From: Candidatus Sumerlaeia bacterium
GTDB taxonomy: Bacteria; Sumerlaeota; Sumerlaeia; SLMS01; JAHLLQ01
Assembly: GCA_019634695.1 (NCBI GenBank)
Contig: JAHCAW010000017.1
Coordinates: 7,322-71,321, forward strand
DNA: 64,000 nt
Reading direction: 5' to 3'
The notes under the pieces were generated by a model, which was not told the DNA's origin, did not search any database, and worked only from the letters and a program-made list of their open reading frames with translations. The translations under genes and the position numbers were made by a program. Within the stretch, counting starts at the first letter, position 1. The number at the start of each line of letters is the position of its first letter. Positions 1 through 9,977 of this stretch are shown one piece after another.

Positions 1-554
1 CCGAACAGGGGCTTGGCGAATCCGGCGCGGCCCTTCCAACGCGGATCGGTCAGGTCGGCGACGCGTGCGGGATGGGTGGCCGGATCGGGCAGGCGATCGG
101 TGTTGATGGCCAGGACGCGTGCGCGCGCGGCAAAGCCGTACCAATGGCGGTCCGGGTCGCGCATGGGCACGGGCAGCGACGCGGCGTTGGGCACGTCGTA
201 GGCCTCGGTGAGCCCTTCGCGCTTGAGGCGGATTGTGTGGATGATCTCGTTGTTCCAGAAGACGTCGCATGTGGGACGCTGGCGCTCGGCGAGCAGGCGG
301 TTGACGAGGCCGACGGTCTTGACGGCTTCGGTGTCGTAGACCGGCCGGACGCGGATACCGGTGCGCTCCTCGAAGAGCTTGAGGATGGGTTCGGAGAACT
401 GGCGGTCGAGCGCCGTGTAGACGACGACCTCGCCGGCCTGGCGCGTGCGGGCCGCACCGGAGGAGTCGGACGATTCGCTGCTGCAACCCGCCCACAGGAT
501 CATGACCATCAGGAGGGTGGTCAGTCGGCCGGCGAAAGGGCGGAGAGAAGGCAT
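1..554 (-). CDS. ABC transporter periplasmic substrate-binding protein, iron(III)/thiamine (PBP2 FbpA/TbpA-like) family; lipoprotein-type signal. The C-terminal end runs off the window.
   Basis: Manual reverse-strand translation from the ATG at complement 552-554 gives MPSLRPFAGRLTTLLMVMILWAGCSS...VVVYTALDRQFSEPILKLFEERTGIRVRPVYDTE...DVFWNNE, which is the typical N-terminus of Fe3+/thiamine-type SBPs. It is absent from the ORF track because it has no stop inside the window. Confidence 0.5.
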   Translation of the reverse strand, partial: MPSLRPFAGRLTTLLMVMILWAGCSSESSDSSGAARTRQAGEVVVYTALDRQFSEPILKLFEERTGIRVRPVYDTEAVKTVGLVNRLLAERQRPTCDVFWNNEIIHTIRLKREGLTEAYDVPNAASLPVPMRDPDRHWYGFAARARVLAINTDRLPDPATHPARVADLTDPRWKGRAGFAKPLF

Positions 555-641
555 CGTGAAGCTCCCTGCGTGTTGGGCATTCCAGTTGGCAGACTGGAGC
601 GGCGTGCACGGCGTGACAAGCGCAACCGACCCCGGCGGCGT

Positions 642-1454
642 TCAGCCCGGCCTCAGCCAGTGTTCCAGCATGTCGAGCCACCCGAGCAGCTTGGCGCTGC
701 TGAGAACGATCGCCACCGCCATGATCGCCTTGATCCAGCGCTCGCCCTTGCTGATCGCGACCCAGGTGCCGATGACCGCCCCGAGCATCTGACCCAGAGC
801 CACGGCGAACCCGGCGATCCACTCGACCTGAACGCCCTGCTGGAGGAAGGTCCCCAGCGCCACAAACGTCAGCCCCAGAATGATGACGAGCTTGATGTAG
901 TTGCCGCGCACCAGATCGATGCGCAGGAAGTAGCCAAGCACCAGCAGCACCATGACGCCCATGCCGGCCTGGATGAAGCCGGCATAGACGCCGAGCGCGA
1001 AGAAGCCGGCCAGCAAGCCCGCCTTGCCGCGCCTCGTCAGCGGCTCCCACGCGTTCTCCGGCGCGCCCTCGGCGAGCAGATGCGGCTTCGGTGCCTTGAG
1101 CAGCAACACCAGCAGCGCCAGCATCAGAATGCCGAGCACCTGATTGAAGCGCGCGTCGGGCAGGAAGACGGCGAGCCGCACGCCAAGGACCGCGCCGACC
1201 GCGGCGACCGCCGTCAGGCGCCACGATAGATGCCACTCGCGGACCTTGTTGCGACGGAATTGCCGGATGGCTGTGATGTTCTGGGCAATGAGCCCGATGC
1301 GGTTCGTGGCGTTGGCGACCTGGGGGGGCAGTCCGGCGAAGATCAGGATGGGCAGCGTGATGACGCTGCCGCCGCCGGCCACCGTGTTGATGATCCCGGC
1401 GGCCACGCCCGCGGCGAACAGGATTGGGTAGATTTCGGGCGCCAGTTCTATCAC
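642..1454 (-). CDS. TauE/SafE (DUF81) family anion/sulfite exporter-like permease
   Basis: 270-aa ORF with multiple hydrophobic segments. It shows the duplicated GxG-rich 4-TM halves typical of TauE/SafE (AGVAAGIINTVAGGGSVITLPIL ... FIQAGMGVMVLLVLG). It starts at GTG. Confidence 0.65.
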   Translation of the reverse strand: MIELAPEIYPILFAAGVAAGIINTVAGGGSVITLPILIFAGLPPQVANATNRIGLIAQNITAIRQFRRNKVREWHLSWRLTAVAAVGAVLGVRLAVFLPDARFNQVLGILMLALLVLLLKAPKPHLLAEGAPENAWEPLTRRGKAGLLAGFFALGVYAGFIQAGMGVMVLLVLGYFLRIDLVRGNYIKLVIILGLTFVALGTFLQQGVQVEWIAGFAVALGQMLGAVIGTWVAISKGERWIKAIMAVAIVLSSAKLLGWLDMLEHWLRPG

Positions 1455-1573
1455 GGACAGACTCGGGTGGACATGGGCGCCGGCGCTTCCCCCTTGCGCC
1501 GTCGGCGTCGCGAAGGTTCAAGCGGACGAGGGCTGTCCGCAACCGCGCATTTCGTCCTCCCGAGACCCCAGCC

Positions 1574-2308
1574 ATGACCGAAACCCCGCGCAACACCTAC
1601 TACATCATCATGCCGGCCACGCGCGCCGAGGACGTCAGCGCCATGCGTCCCATCGCGCGCCTGTTGCAGGAGGACGAGGAGGCGACGCGCAAACGCTTCG
1701 GCAGTCCGACGTTCCAGGTGCTCAAGCGCTTCGCCAAGCGCGCCAACGCCGAGGGGCTCTGCTCGCAGCTCAATGCCCTGGGCATCCGGGCCTACTGCGT
1801 GTCGGACACGCAGATCGGCGGGCACCTGTTCCTGTGGGCCAAGACGGCCAATCAGGGCGCCGGCGGAATGGCCTTCCGCGACTTCGGCGACCAGCCGCTC
1901 TATTGCCCCTTCGACGACATCCTGTCGATCTGCGTCGGCCCCGTCCAGCGTGAGGACAACAGCGAAACCCTGATCGTGGACCTGCACCGGCGCTCGACTC
2001 CGATCACGCCGCGCATCGACACCGCCTTCTTCGATTTCGCCGCCGTCACCGGCCAGCAGGCCGCCGACGTCTTCGGCTTCCTCGAGATCCTGCGCGGCAG
2101 GGTCGGGCAGATTCAGATCGACTTGCAGTACAACGACGTGCGCGAGCACCTGACGCCGGCGCTGCGCAATGGACTGGCGACGCTGCCGGGCGAGTTCGGC
2201 CCGCCCGACGAGGCCATGCCCGCGTCGTACCAGACGCGCAGCCTGAAGCTGTTCGGCGTCTACAGCTTCCTGATGCGCGAGTTCGAGGTGTTGCGCGCCG
2301 CCGGTTGA
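1574..2308 (+). CDS. hypothetical protein (soluble)
   Basis: ORF 1424..2308 trimmed to the first ATG (MTETPRNTYYIIMP...). No recognisable motifs. It is divergent from the TauE gene. Confidence 0.45.
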   Translation: MTETPRNTYYIIMPATRAEDVSAMRPIARLLQEDEEATRKRFGSPTFQVLKRFAKRANAEGLCSQLNALGIRAYCVSDTQIGGHLFLWAKTANQGAGGMAFRDFGDQPLYCPFDDILSICVGPVQREDNSETLIVDLHRRSTPITPRIDTAFFDFAAVTGQQAADVFGFLEILRGRVGQIQIDLQYNDVREHLTPALRNGLATLPGEFGPPDEAMPASYQTRSLKLFGVYSFLMREFEVLRAAG

Positions 2309-2323
2309 TGCGGCGCACCCATC

Positions 2324-2408
2324 GCCCGGGTGGCGGAGTTGGCAGACGCGCCGGACTTAGGATCCGGTCCCGCAAGGGGTGAGGGTTCGAGTCCCTCCCC
2401 GGGCACCA
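2324..2408 (+). tRNA. tRNA-Leu (anticodon TAG), with long variable arm and 3' CCA encoded
   Basis: GCCCGGGTGGCGGAGTTGGCAGACGCGCCGGACTTAGGATCCGGTCCCGCAAGGGGTGAGGGTTCGAGTCCCTCCCCGGGCACCA. Acceptor stem GCCCGGG/CCCGGGC is present. The anticodon stem CCGGA/TCCGG encloses loop CTTAGGA, giving anticodon TAG. There is a long extra arm and a GTTCGAGTC T-loop. Confidence 0.85.
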
Positions 2409-2415
2409 TTGACTT

Positions 2416-4020
2416 TCACGCGCGCCAGCGCCACTTGCCGCCGATCATCGTGCCCGTCACGCGCACATGCTGCAAGTCGTGCGGGTCGATCGTGTGCGGA
2501 TCGCGGTCGAGGACGACGAGGTCGGCCAGGTAGCCGTGCGCGAGGCGGCCGAGGACCTTCTCCTGGCCGGCGGCCCACGCGGGCTCGACCGTATAGCAGC
2601 GGATGGCTTCCTCGACGGTGACGCGCGCCTCGGGGTACCAACCCTCGGGGCCGGGATAGCCGTTGGCGCGCCGGCGCGTGACGGCCGCATGGATGCCGAT
2701 CATGGGGCTGTAGGGCTCCACCGGCGCGTCGGAACCGAAGACGACGCGGGCGCCGCGGTCGATCTGCACGCGGGCATTGTAGCCCAACGCCGAGCGGGCA
2801 CCCCAGTGCCGGTCCGCCATGTCGATGTCGGCTGTGGCGTGGATCGGCTGAATCGAGGCGATGACGTCGAGTTCGGCGAGCCGGCCGACGTCGTCGGGGT
2901 GGATGAGTTGCGTGTGCTCGATGCGGTGGCGACGGCGCTCGCGCGGGATGCCGGCGGCGGCTTCGACGCGGCGCAGCTCTTCGAACACGTCGAGCACGTC
3001 GCGCACGGCGAGGTCGCCGATGGCGTGCACCGTCGAGGGAATCCCGTTGAGCGTGGCTTCGCGTGCCAGCTCGAGCATGGTCTGCTTCTCCATGACGCGG
3101 ATGCCGCGGTTGGTCGGGTCGTCCTCGACGGGATCGATCATCAGCGCGGTGACGGACCCGAGCGCGCCGTCGGCGAACATCTTGAGCCCGCCGATGCGGA
3201 GCCAGTCGTTGCCGAAGCCGCTGCGCACGCGCAGTCCGTGCGCATGGCCGATGTCGGGATCGTTGATGTGCTTGAGGACGCGCAGCCCCAGGCGCCCTTC
3301 CTCGTGCAGAATCTGCATGGCGGCGAAGGCGCGCTGGCCGTCGTAGTCGTGGATGCCGGTCAGGCCGGTCTTCCAGGCGGCCTCCTGGGCCTCGGCCATG
3401 GCGGACACAACATCCTCGACGCGGGGCTTGGGGACGGCGGCGCGCACCAGTCCGATGGCCTCCTCGAAGAAGATGCCGGTGGGGTTGCCGGCGGCGTCGC
3501 GCTGGATGGTTCCGCCGGGAGGGTCGGGCGTGGCGGCCGTGATGCCGGCCAGACGCATGGCGGCGGAGTTAGCCCAGGCGGCATGACCGCTGCGGGCGGG
3601 GAAGAAGGCGGGGTTTGCGGGAGCAACGCGGTCGAGGTCGGCGGCGTTGGGGAACTGGCCGGGGGTATCGGTCCAGTCGCCCTGGGCCCATCCGCGGCCG
3701 ACGATCCACTGGCCGGACTGCGCACGGGCGACGGCCTCGGCGATGCGCTGCAGCGTGGCCGCGCGCGTCGGCAGATACTCGAGGCCGACCTCGCGCAGCC
3801 CGAGCGAGGTCATCTCCCAATGGATGTGCGAATCGACGAATCCGGGCACGACGGCCGCGCCGCCGAGATCCTCGATGGCCGTCTTCGGGCCGGCGATCTG
3901 GCGCAACTCGTTGCCGCCGACCGCGATGATGCGGTCGCGCGAGATGGCCAGCGCCTGGGCCTGCGGATTCTTGGGGTCCTGCGTGTAGATGCGGGCGTTG
4001 CAGATCAGGCGGTCGATCAT
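2416..4020 (-). CDS. metal-dependent amidohydrolase (amidohydrolase-3 / YtcJ-like)
   Basis: ORF 2416..4305 trimmed to the ATG at complement 4018-4020 ([13 protein letters not shown]...). Motifs are [12 protein letters not shown] (HxH metal site) and a C-terminal [11 protein letters not shown], typical of the amidohydrolase superfamily. Confidence 0.75.
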   Translation of the reverse strand: MIDRLICNARIYTQDPKNPQAQALAISRDRIIAVGGNELRQIAGPKTAIEDLGGAAVVPGFVDSHIHWEMTSLGLREVGLEYLPTRAATLQRIAEAVARAQSGQWIVGRGWAQGDWTDTPGQFPNAADLDRVAPANPAFFPARSGHAAWANSAAMRLAGITAATPDPPGGTIQRDAAGNPTGIFFEEAIGLVRAAVPKPRVEDVVSAMAEAQEAAWKTGLTGIHDYDGQRAFAAMQILHEEGRLGLRVLKHINDPDIGHAHGLRVRSGFGNDWLRIGGLKMFADGALGSVTALMIDPVEDDPTNRGIRVMEKQTMLELAREATLNGIPSTVHAIGDLAVRDVLDVFEELRRVEAAAGIPRERRRHRIEHTQLIHPDDVGRLAELDVIASIQPIHATADIDMADRHWGARSALGYNARVQIDRGARVVFGSDAPVEPYSPMIGIHAAVTRRRANGYPGPEGWYPEARVTVEEAIRCYTVEPAWAAGQEKVLGRLAHGYLADLVVLDRDPHTIDPHDLQHVRVTGTMIGGKWRWRA

Positions 4021-4271
4021 GGGCGGCAACCTCGGCCAAGGACTGGGGGGGACGGTCCGCCGCCGGGCGGGCGGACGCCAGCGGAAACCGGCGCTGCGGA
4101 GCCGGCGCGGCGGTTTCCGATTGGCTTGCGGCGCGGCGCTTGGGTCTGCTGCCAGCACTCGTCCGGTGCCCTCGCGGGCTCGGGCGGACCGGACATGCCG
4201 AGCTGGGGCTCGGCGCTCCCAGTCCGTCGCCCCCGCGCGGGCGGACGAACTTCGAACGGCGAGGACATGGC

Positions 4272-7208
4272 ATGAAGGGCACGATGCGAGTGGTGACGAG
4301 GACATGGCGGGCGCTGTTGCTGGTGGCGCTGGTGGCGGTGGTGAGTGCCTGTGGCGCGCGGCGCGAGGCGCCGTATCGGCTGGTGCGCGCGCCGCAACCG
4401 GACGACGCCATGGCCGTGCATGTCTACGAGCTGGCCAATGGCCTGCGCGTGTACCTGACCCACAATGCCGAGGAGCCGCGCTTCTACTCCGAGATTGTCG
4501 TGCGCGCCGGCAGCAAGCACGATCCGGCCGAGACGACCGGCCTGGCGCACTATCTTGAGCACCTGCTCTTCAAGGGCACCGAACGCCTCGGCACGCTCGA
4601 CTACGAAGCGGAGAAGCCCTACCTCGACCGCATCGTCGAGCTCTACGAGCAGCACTTCGCCGAGCCGGACCCGGACCGTCGGCGCGAAATCTACGCCGAA
4701 ATCAACCGCGTCGGCCTGCTCGCCGCAGCTCTTGCCGTGCCCAACGAGTTCGACACCGTCTACAAGGCCTTCGGCGCCCACAGCGTCAACGCGCACACCT
4801 GGCGCGAGGAGACCGTCTACAAGGTGGACCTGCCGAAGAACCGCCTGCGCCACTGGGCACTCATGGAATCGGAGCGTTTCGCCCGACCGGTCTTCCGCCT
4901 CTTCCACACCGAACTCGAAACGGTCTACGAGGAGAAGAACCGCGCGATGGACAACAAGGACCGCATCATCTTCGACGCGGTCAACGAACTGCTCTTCAAG
5001 AAGCACCCATACGGCCAGCAGACGACGCTGGGCGACGCCGAGCACCTCAAGCGCCCGTCGCTTGTCAACATCCAGCGCTTCTACAACACCTGGTACGTGC
5101 CGAACAACATGGCGATCGTCGTCTCGGGCGACATCGACATCGACGAATCGATCCGCCTGATCGCCGGGCACTTCAACGCGTGGGAGCCCCGCGAGTTGCC
5201 CGAGCCGCAGACCTGGGACGAGTATCCCATCAAGGAGGTCGAGCGCGTCACCGTCCAGTATCCCGGCGAGGAGTACGTGCTGTTGGCCTTCCGCACCGCG
5301 CCGCGCGGGAGTCGCGACGCCGACGCGCTCAAGGTCTTCGACATGATCCTGGACAACTCGAATGCCGGACTCATCAACCTGAACCTGAACCAGCAGCAGC
5401 GGGTGCGCCGCGCAGGTGCCTATCCGTTGCTCGACAACGACTACGGCACGCAGTATCTCTGGGGCATCCCGAAGGGCGGCCAGTCGCTCGAGGAAGTCGA
5501 GCAACTGCTAATCGAGCAGGTGCGGCTCGTGCAGGCCGGCGAGTTCGAGGACTGGATCCTGCCCGCCATCGTCACCGACTTCCGCAAGAACCTGGCGTCG
5601 CAGCTTGAACGCAATGAAGGACGCGTTTCCGCCATCCGCGATTCGTTCCTTGCCTTTGAGGAGTGGGAGGAGGCCCTGCGCGCGATCGACCGCATCGAGG
5701 CCGTCACGCGCGAGGACGTCGTGCGCGTGGCCAACGAGTACTTCGCGGGCGGCTATGTGTCGGGTTATCGTCGCGACGGCCAGCACGAGGTGCTGCCCAT
5801 CGAGAAGCCCGCCATCGATCCGCTGCCGCTCGATCCCTCGCGTCGGTCGGAGTTCGGCGCCCAGTTGCTGGCCATGCCCGCCGAACCGATCGAACCCTCG
5901 TTCGTCGATCCCCAGCGCGACTTCCACGTCGTGCAGGACGGACCCGGACGCACGCTCTACCACGCACCCAACCCGCTGAACGATCTGTTCAGCCTCCAGA
6001 TTGTCGTCGAGAAGGGCACCGATCACGACAACCGTCTCGCGCTCGCCGCGCGCCTGCTCGACCGCTCCGGCACCCGCCGCCTGGCGCCCGACGAACTCAA
6101 GAAGGAGTGGTACAAGATCGGCACCGAGATGAGCGTTTCGTCGTCGGGTTCGGAGACGGCCATCACGCTCACGGGCCTCGACGAGTATCTGGCGCCGTCG
6201 TTGGCGCTGCTGCGCGAAGTGCTCGCCGAGCCCGTCGCGCCCGAAGGCACGCTCGAAGAGCTGAAGAAGATCATCATCGCCGAACGCGACGACGAGCGCA
6301 AGGACCCGCAGTCGCTGGCGCGCGCGCTCTACATCTACAATCGCTACGGCGAGGAATCCCCCTACCTCGAACGCCTCCCGACCGACGCGCTGCTCGCCGT
6401 CGGCGAACCGGAACTGTTCGCCCTCATGACCGAGCTGCCCAGCTATCGCCATGTCGTCTCGTACACGGGCACGCGCTCGCCGGAGCAGGTGCGCGCGTTG
6501 CTGGCCGAACATTTGCCCGCTGCGCCATCGCCGGTCGAACCGCCGCCGTATCGCCGGCGGACGGTGCGCAAGGTTGATTCCACGCAGCTCTTCTTCATCG
6601 ACCAGGAGACCGCGCAGTCGCAGGTGCGCATCGAGTCGGCCGGCGCCGACGTGGACGAGCGCCGGCAGGTTCCGGTGCTGCTCTACAACAGCTACTTTGC
6701 CGGCGGCCTGTCGGGCATCGTGTATCAGGAACTGCGCGAGGCGCGCGGTCTCGTCTACTTCGCGGGCGCGCTCTATTCGACTGCCGACCGCCTTGGCGAC
6801 CAGGACCTGACGCTCGGGGCGCTCGGCTGTCAGGCCGACAAGACGCTCGAGGCGACCACCGCCCTGCTCGACCTGATGGAGAATCTTCCGGTGCAGCCGG
6901 AGCGCTTCGCGCGCAGCGTCGAGTCGCTCGACAGCCGCTACCGCACCTCGAAGCTCGGCTTCCGCGAGGTCGTCGGCGCGGTGCGTTCATGGGAACGTCT
7001 GGGTCTCGAGCCCGACCCGCGCCGCGCGCGGCATGCACAACTCGCGACGACGACGCTCGACGACATGCTGGGCTTCCACCGCGCCGAGATCGCCGGCAAG
7101 CCGCGCCTCATCTCGATCGTCGGCGACAGCAAGCGCATCGACATGGAGGCGCTACGGGCGCTCGGCGAGTTCGAGGAGATCTCCGTCGAGCGGATCTTTG
7201 TGCCGTAG
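4272..7208 (+). CDS. M16-family (pitrilysin/insulinase-like) zinc peptidase, tandem active + inactive halves, lipoprotein signal
   Basis: ATG at 4272 (MKGTMRVVTRTWRALLLVALVAVVSAC lipobox). The HYLEHLLFKG inverted zinc motif HxxEH is present. The ~980-aa length is consistent with a fused two-domain M16 protein. Confidence 0.8.
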   Translation: MKGTMRVVTRTWRALLLVALVAVVSACGARREAPYRLVRAPQPDDAMAVHVYELANGLRVYLTHNAEEPRFYSEIVVRAGSKHDPAETTGLAHYLEHLLFKGTERLGTLDYEAEKPYLDRIVELYEQHFAEPDPDRRREIYAEINRVGLLAAALAVPNEFDTVYKAFGAHSVNAHTWREETVYKVDLPKNRLRHWALMESERFARPVFRLFHTELETVYEEKNRAMDNKDRIIFDAVNELLFKKHPYGQQTTLGDAEHLKRPSLVNIQRFYNTWYVPNNMAIVVSGDIDIDESIRLIAGHFNAWEPRELPEPQTWDEYPIKEVERVTVQYPGEEYVLLAFRTAPRGSRDADALKVFDMILDNSNAGLINLNLNQQQRVRRAGAYPLLDNDYGTQYLWGIPKGGQSLEEVEQLLIEQVRLVQAGEFEDWILPAIVTDFRKNLASQLERNEGRVSAIRDSFLAFEEWEEALRAIDRIEAVTREDVVRVANEYFAGGYVSGYRRDGQHEVLPIEKPAIDPLPLDPSRRSEFGAQLLAMPAEPIEPSFVDPQRDFHVVQDGPGRTLYHAPNPLNDLFSLQIVVEKGTDHDNRLALAARLLDRSGTRRLAPDELKKEWYKIGTEMSVSSSGSETAITLTGLDEYLAPSLALLREVLAEPVAPEGTLEELKKIIIAERDDERKDPQSLARALYIYNRYGEESPYLERLPTDALLAVGEPELFALMTELPSYRHVVSYTGTRSPEQVRALLAEHLPAAPSPVEPPPYRRRTVRKVDSTQLFFIDQETAQSQVRIESAGADVDERRQVPVLLYNSYFAGGLSGIVYQELREARGLVYFAGALYSTADRLGDQDLTLGALGCQADKTLEATTALLDLMENLPVQPERFARSVESLDSRYRTSKLGFREVVGAVRSWERLGLEPDPRRARHAQLATTTLDDMLGFHRAEIAGKPRLISIVGDSKRIDMEALRALGEFEEISVERIFVP

Positions 7209-7253
7209 GGAGCGTGGCTGGTTGTTCGAGTTCGACAATGGAGTAGTGGCACA

Positions 7254-7276
7254 GGGCCGGGGGTCTCCTCCGGCCC
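7254..7276. terminator. GC-rich hairpin between convergent genes (possible bidirectional terminator)
   Basis: GGGCCGGGGG-TCTC-CTCCGGCCC: a 7-9 bp stem in the 90-nt gap between the M16 peptidase stop and the convergent minus-strand gene stop. Confidence 0.3.
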
Positions 7277-7298
7277 TTCGTGCATCTGGTTGGTCGTG

Positions 7299-8319
7299 CT
7301 ATTCCAGGGCCTGTCCCACGTCGATCAGTGCCAGGCGGAAGTCGTACGTCCGTTGGCCGGGTCCGTCGCCGAGGCCCTGATAGAGCACATGCGGGCGGCC
7401 TGCGATGAAGAGCATCGTCTGGCCGCCGACACCGTTGCGCTCGAAGACCTCGTCGGCCGCGCACCACGGCTCGAGCGCCGGATCGACGGCGAAGAGCACG
7501 CGTCGATCGGTCCATGGCGCTCCGAAGGGCTGTGTCGAGCGCAGCAGCGCGAGGTACTGTGCGTTGTCGCTGGGGCGACTCGAGATCACCATGATGACGT
7601 GGTCGCCGGCGCGGCGCACGGTTGGCGCCTCGGCAACACCGTCGTCGGGCGGGCCGGCGCGGCCGACGTAGATCGTCTCGATCGGGCCTTCGGGTTCGAG
7701 TGGCGCGCGCAACGCCCGGGCGAAGATATGGGACTCGTGATGGCGCACGCCGGCGATGCCATGCGTGACGGCGACGGCGTAGAGCCACAGGCGGCCATCG
7801 AGCGCGACGACCTCGGGATCGATCAGGCCGAAATCCTGCCAACCGCCGAACGCCGTGCCGGGTGGCAGGGGAAGCATGTGCTCCTCGGAGAAGCGCACCC
7901 GCGCCAGGCGGCCGTGCTCGTCCCATTCGACGTCGGTGTTCTCGTCGGCGACGGCGACGGCGAGGCGAAACGTCGGCCAGTTGTGCGCGATGCCGCGCCC
8001 GGAGTAGAGATACAGCCGGCCCTCGTGCCGCAGCAGTGACGGTCCCCAGCGCACGAGTCCGGGCGCCTCGGGCAGCTCGATCGCGACGCGTCGCGTGACG
8101 TCGCGTCCCTCGAGCCAGTATCCGCGCAGGGCGCCGCCGCGTTCCATCGCCACCAGCAGGTGCGCCGCAGGCGACGTTTCGCCGTCGCCACCAAACGCCA
8201 GCACGGTCGGGTCCTTGAGTCGCGGCAGGCCATCAATCAACCGGTTCGATTGAGCGGCGAGCGCCGCCGGCAGCAGCACCAGCAATCCAACCAGCAATCG
8301 GGCAGCGCAAAGGTTCATC
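7299..8319 (-). CDS. secreted hypothetical protein (possible beta-propeller / glycosidase-like fold)
   Basis: Only the C-terminal 340 aa of track ORF 7299..9896 is kept. That portion starts with a signal peptide, MNLCAARLLVGLLVLLPAALAAQ. The upstream part of the ORF overlaps the real SNF transporter gene on the other strand and is a shadow ORF. Confidence 0.5.
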
Positions 8320-8426
8320 GTCTCGAACTCCGCATCTTCCGGCTTGAACCGCGGCGGGCCCTTCCCGAGGGTCGCGCCCAGCATTGACATCCTGCCGGCA
8401 CGACGGCGCAAGGGGGGCTCGCGCCC

Positions 8427-9854
8427 ATGAGCGACCATCCGGTTCATCGCCACGACCAGGCCGACCCGATCGACGAGCAACACGTGCGCGGCAAGTTCGC
8501 CTCGCGGCTCGGATTCCTGCTGGCGGCGGTCGGTTCGGCGGTTGGTCTGGGCAACATCTGGAAGTTCCCCTTCGTGGCGGGGCAGAATGGCGGCGCGGCG
8601 TTCATCCTCGTGTATCTGGGGTGCGTGGCATTCGTCGCCCTGCCGGCGTTGCTGGTGGAGTTCTCGCTCGGACGCCACTGCCAGACGAGCGCCGTCGGCA
8701 CGTATCGGCAGATCGCGCCGGGCCGGCCGTGGTGGCTGAACGGCCTGCTGGGCGTCGTGGCGGGTTTCGTGATCCTCAGCTTCTACAGTGCCGTGGCCGG
8801 CTGGGTGCTGAAGTACTTCGTCACGGGCGTGACGCAGGGCTACTCGGACTTCACGCCGGAGGCGAGCGGCGGCCTGTTCGTCGGCTTCATCAATGGCACG
8901 TCGGGGCCTCTGGCGTATCAGTTCGTCGCGATGGTGCTGACGACGGTGATCATCTTCTTCGGCATCGAGAAGGGAATCGAGCGGACGGCGAAGTACCTCG
9001 TGCCGCTGCTGGGCGTCCTGCTGGTGGCGCTGGTGGTGCGGTCGGTGACGCTGCCGGGCTCGCGCGAGGGATTGCTGTTCATGTTCCGCCCGGACTTCGG
9101 AAAGCTGAACGCGATGAGCTTCGTCAACGCGATGGGGCTGGCGTTCTTCTCGTTGTCGGTCGGCATGGGGGCGATGATGACGTACGCCTCGTACGTGGAC
9201 CGGAGCGTGAACCTGGGCAAGACGGCGGTGAACGTGGCGGCGCTGGACACGCTGGTGGCTGTGTTGGCGGGGTTGGCGATTTTCCCGGCGGTGGCGGCTT
9301 TCGGTCAGCAGTTCTCGGGCGGTCCGGGATTGGTTTTCGTCACGCTGCCTCAGGTGTTCGACCAGATGCCGTTCGGCCGCGTGGTCGGCGTGGCCTTCTT
9401 CTTCCTGCTGTTCGTCGCGGCGCTGACCTCGATGATCTCGATCATGGAACCGGTGGTGACGTGGCTGGTGGACGACCTGAACGTGCGGCGGCACGTGGCG
9501 TCGGTGGGGGCCGGCGCGGCGATCTTCGCGCTGGGCGTGCCGGCGTGCCTGAGCGTGACAGGCGACGGCCTGATGGGCGGGATCAAGATTCCGTTCCTCG
9601 GCGGCGAGGTCACCATCTTCGACTTCCTCGACATGGTGAGCCAGAACATCATGCTGCCGCTTGGTGCCTTCATCGCCTGCCTGTTCCTGTTCTTCGGTTG
9701 GAACCGGCAGCGCGCGCTGGCCGAAGTAGCCGGAACGGCGGGCAATCCGCATCATCCGCTGCTGAAAGTCTGGTACTGGTGTGCCGTCACGATCGCGCCG
9801 TTGGGCATTCTCACGATTCTGGTGACGAAGATCCTCGAGATGGCCAAGGGTTGA
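8427..9854 (+). CDS. Na+-dependent transporter, SNF (sodium:neurotransmitter symporter) family
   Basis: The hallmark motif GLGNIWKFPFVAGQNGGAAFILVYL is near the N-terminus. The protein is 475 aa and strongly hydrophobic throughout. Confidence 0.85.
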   Translation: MSDHPVHRHDQADPIDEQHVRGKFASRLGFLLAAVGSAVGLGNIWKFPFVAGQNGGAAFILVYLGCVAFVALPALLVEFSLGRHCQTSAVGTYRQIAPGRPWWLNGLLGVVAGFVILSFYSAVAGWVLKYFVTGVTQGYSDFTPEASGGLFVGFINGTSGPLAYQFVAMVLTTVIIFFGIEKGIERTAKYLVPLLGVLLVALVVRSVTLPGSREGLLFMFRPDFGKLNAMSFVNAMGLAFFSLSVGMGAMMTYASYVDRSVNLGKTAVNVAALDTLVAVLAGLAIFPAVAAFGQQFSGGPGLVFVTLPQVFDQMPFGRVVGVAFFFLLFVAALTSMISIMEPVVTWLVDDLNVRRHVASVGAGAAIFALGVPACLSVTGDGLMGGIKIPFLGGEVTIFDFLDMVSQNIMLPLGAFIACLFLFFGWNRQRALAEVAGTAGNPHHPLLKVWYWCAVTIAPLGILTILVTKILEMAKG

Positions 9855-9911
9855 CGGTCGGGCGGATTCGACGGAGCTCTCGGTGGACCACGCCACGGGC
9901 CATCATGCAAC

Positions 9912-9943
9912 GCGGCCGGGAGAGTGATTGCTCTCCCGGCCGC
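9912..9943. terminator. perfect 13-bp inverted repeat hairpin between convergent genes (bidirectional terminator candidate)
   Basis: GCGGCCGGGAGAG-TGATTG-CTCTCCCGGCCGC lies in the 123-nt gap between the SNF transporter stop and the stop of the giant minus-strand gene. Confidence 0.45.
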
Positions 9944-9977
9944 GCGGTGTCCTGCGGGGTGATGGGTTTCCGTCGCG

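Noticed and set aside
555-660. Possible TPP riboswitch in the 5' leader of the minus-strand substrate-binding-protein gene. The reverse complement contains GGCUGAGG, CUGGAAUGCC and ACGCAGGGAG, which resemble the CUGAGA, CUGGAUAAUGCC and GCGNAGGGA blocks.
   Set aside because: The CUGAGA-like block is CUGAGG and lies inside the last codons of the upstream TauE gene, so the P1/P2 elements would have to be coding sequence. The invariant positions are not all matched. It needs an Rfam RF00059 scan, and I could not support it from reading alone.
2300-2420. tRNA-Leu as an integration hotspot or island boundary
   Set aside because: No integrase, direct repeat of the tRNA 3' end or compositional shift is found nearby. 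The flanking genes are ordinary housekeeping or metabolic genes.
8320-9896. Upstream 525 aa of the minus ORF 7299..9896
   Set aside because: It is antisense to the SNF transporter gene, which has an unmistakable family signature. The real minus-strand protein begins at the internal Met with a signal peptide at 8319.
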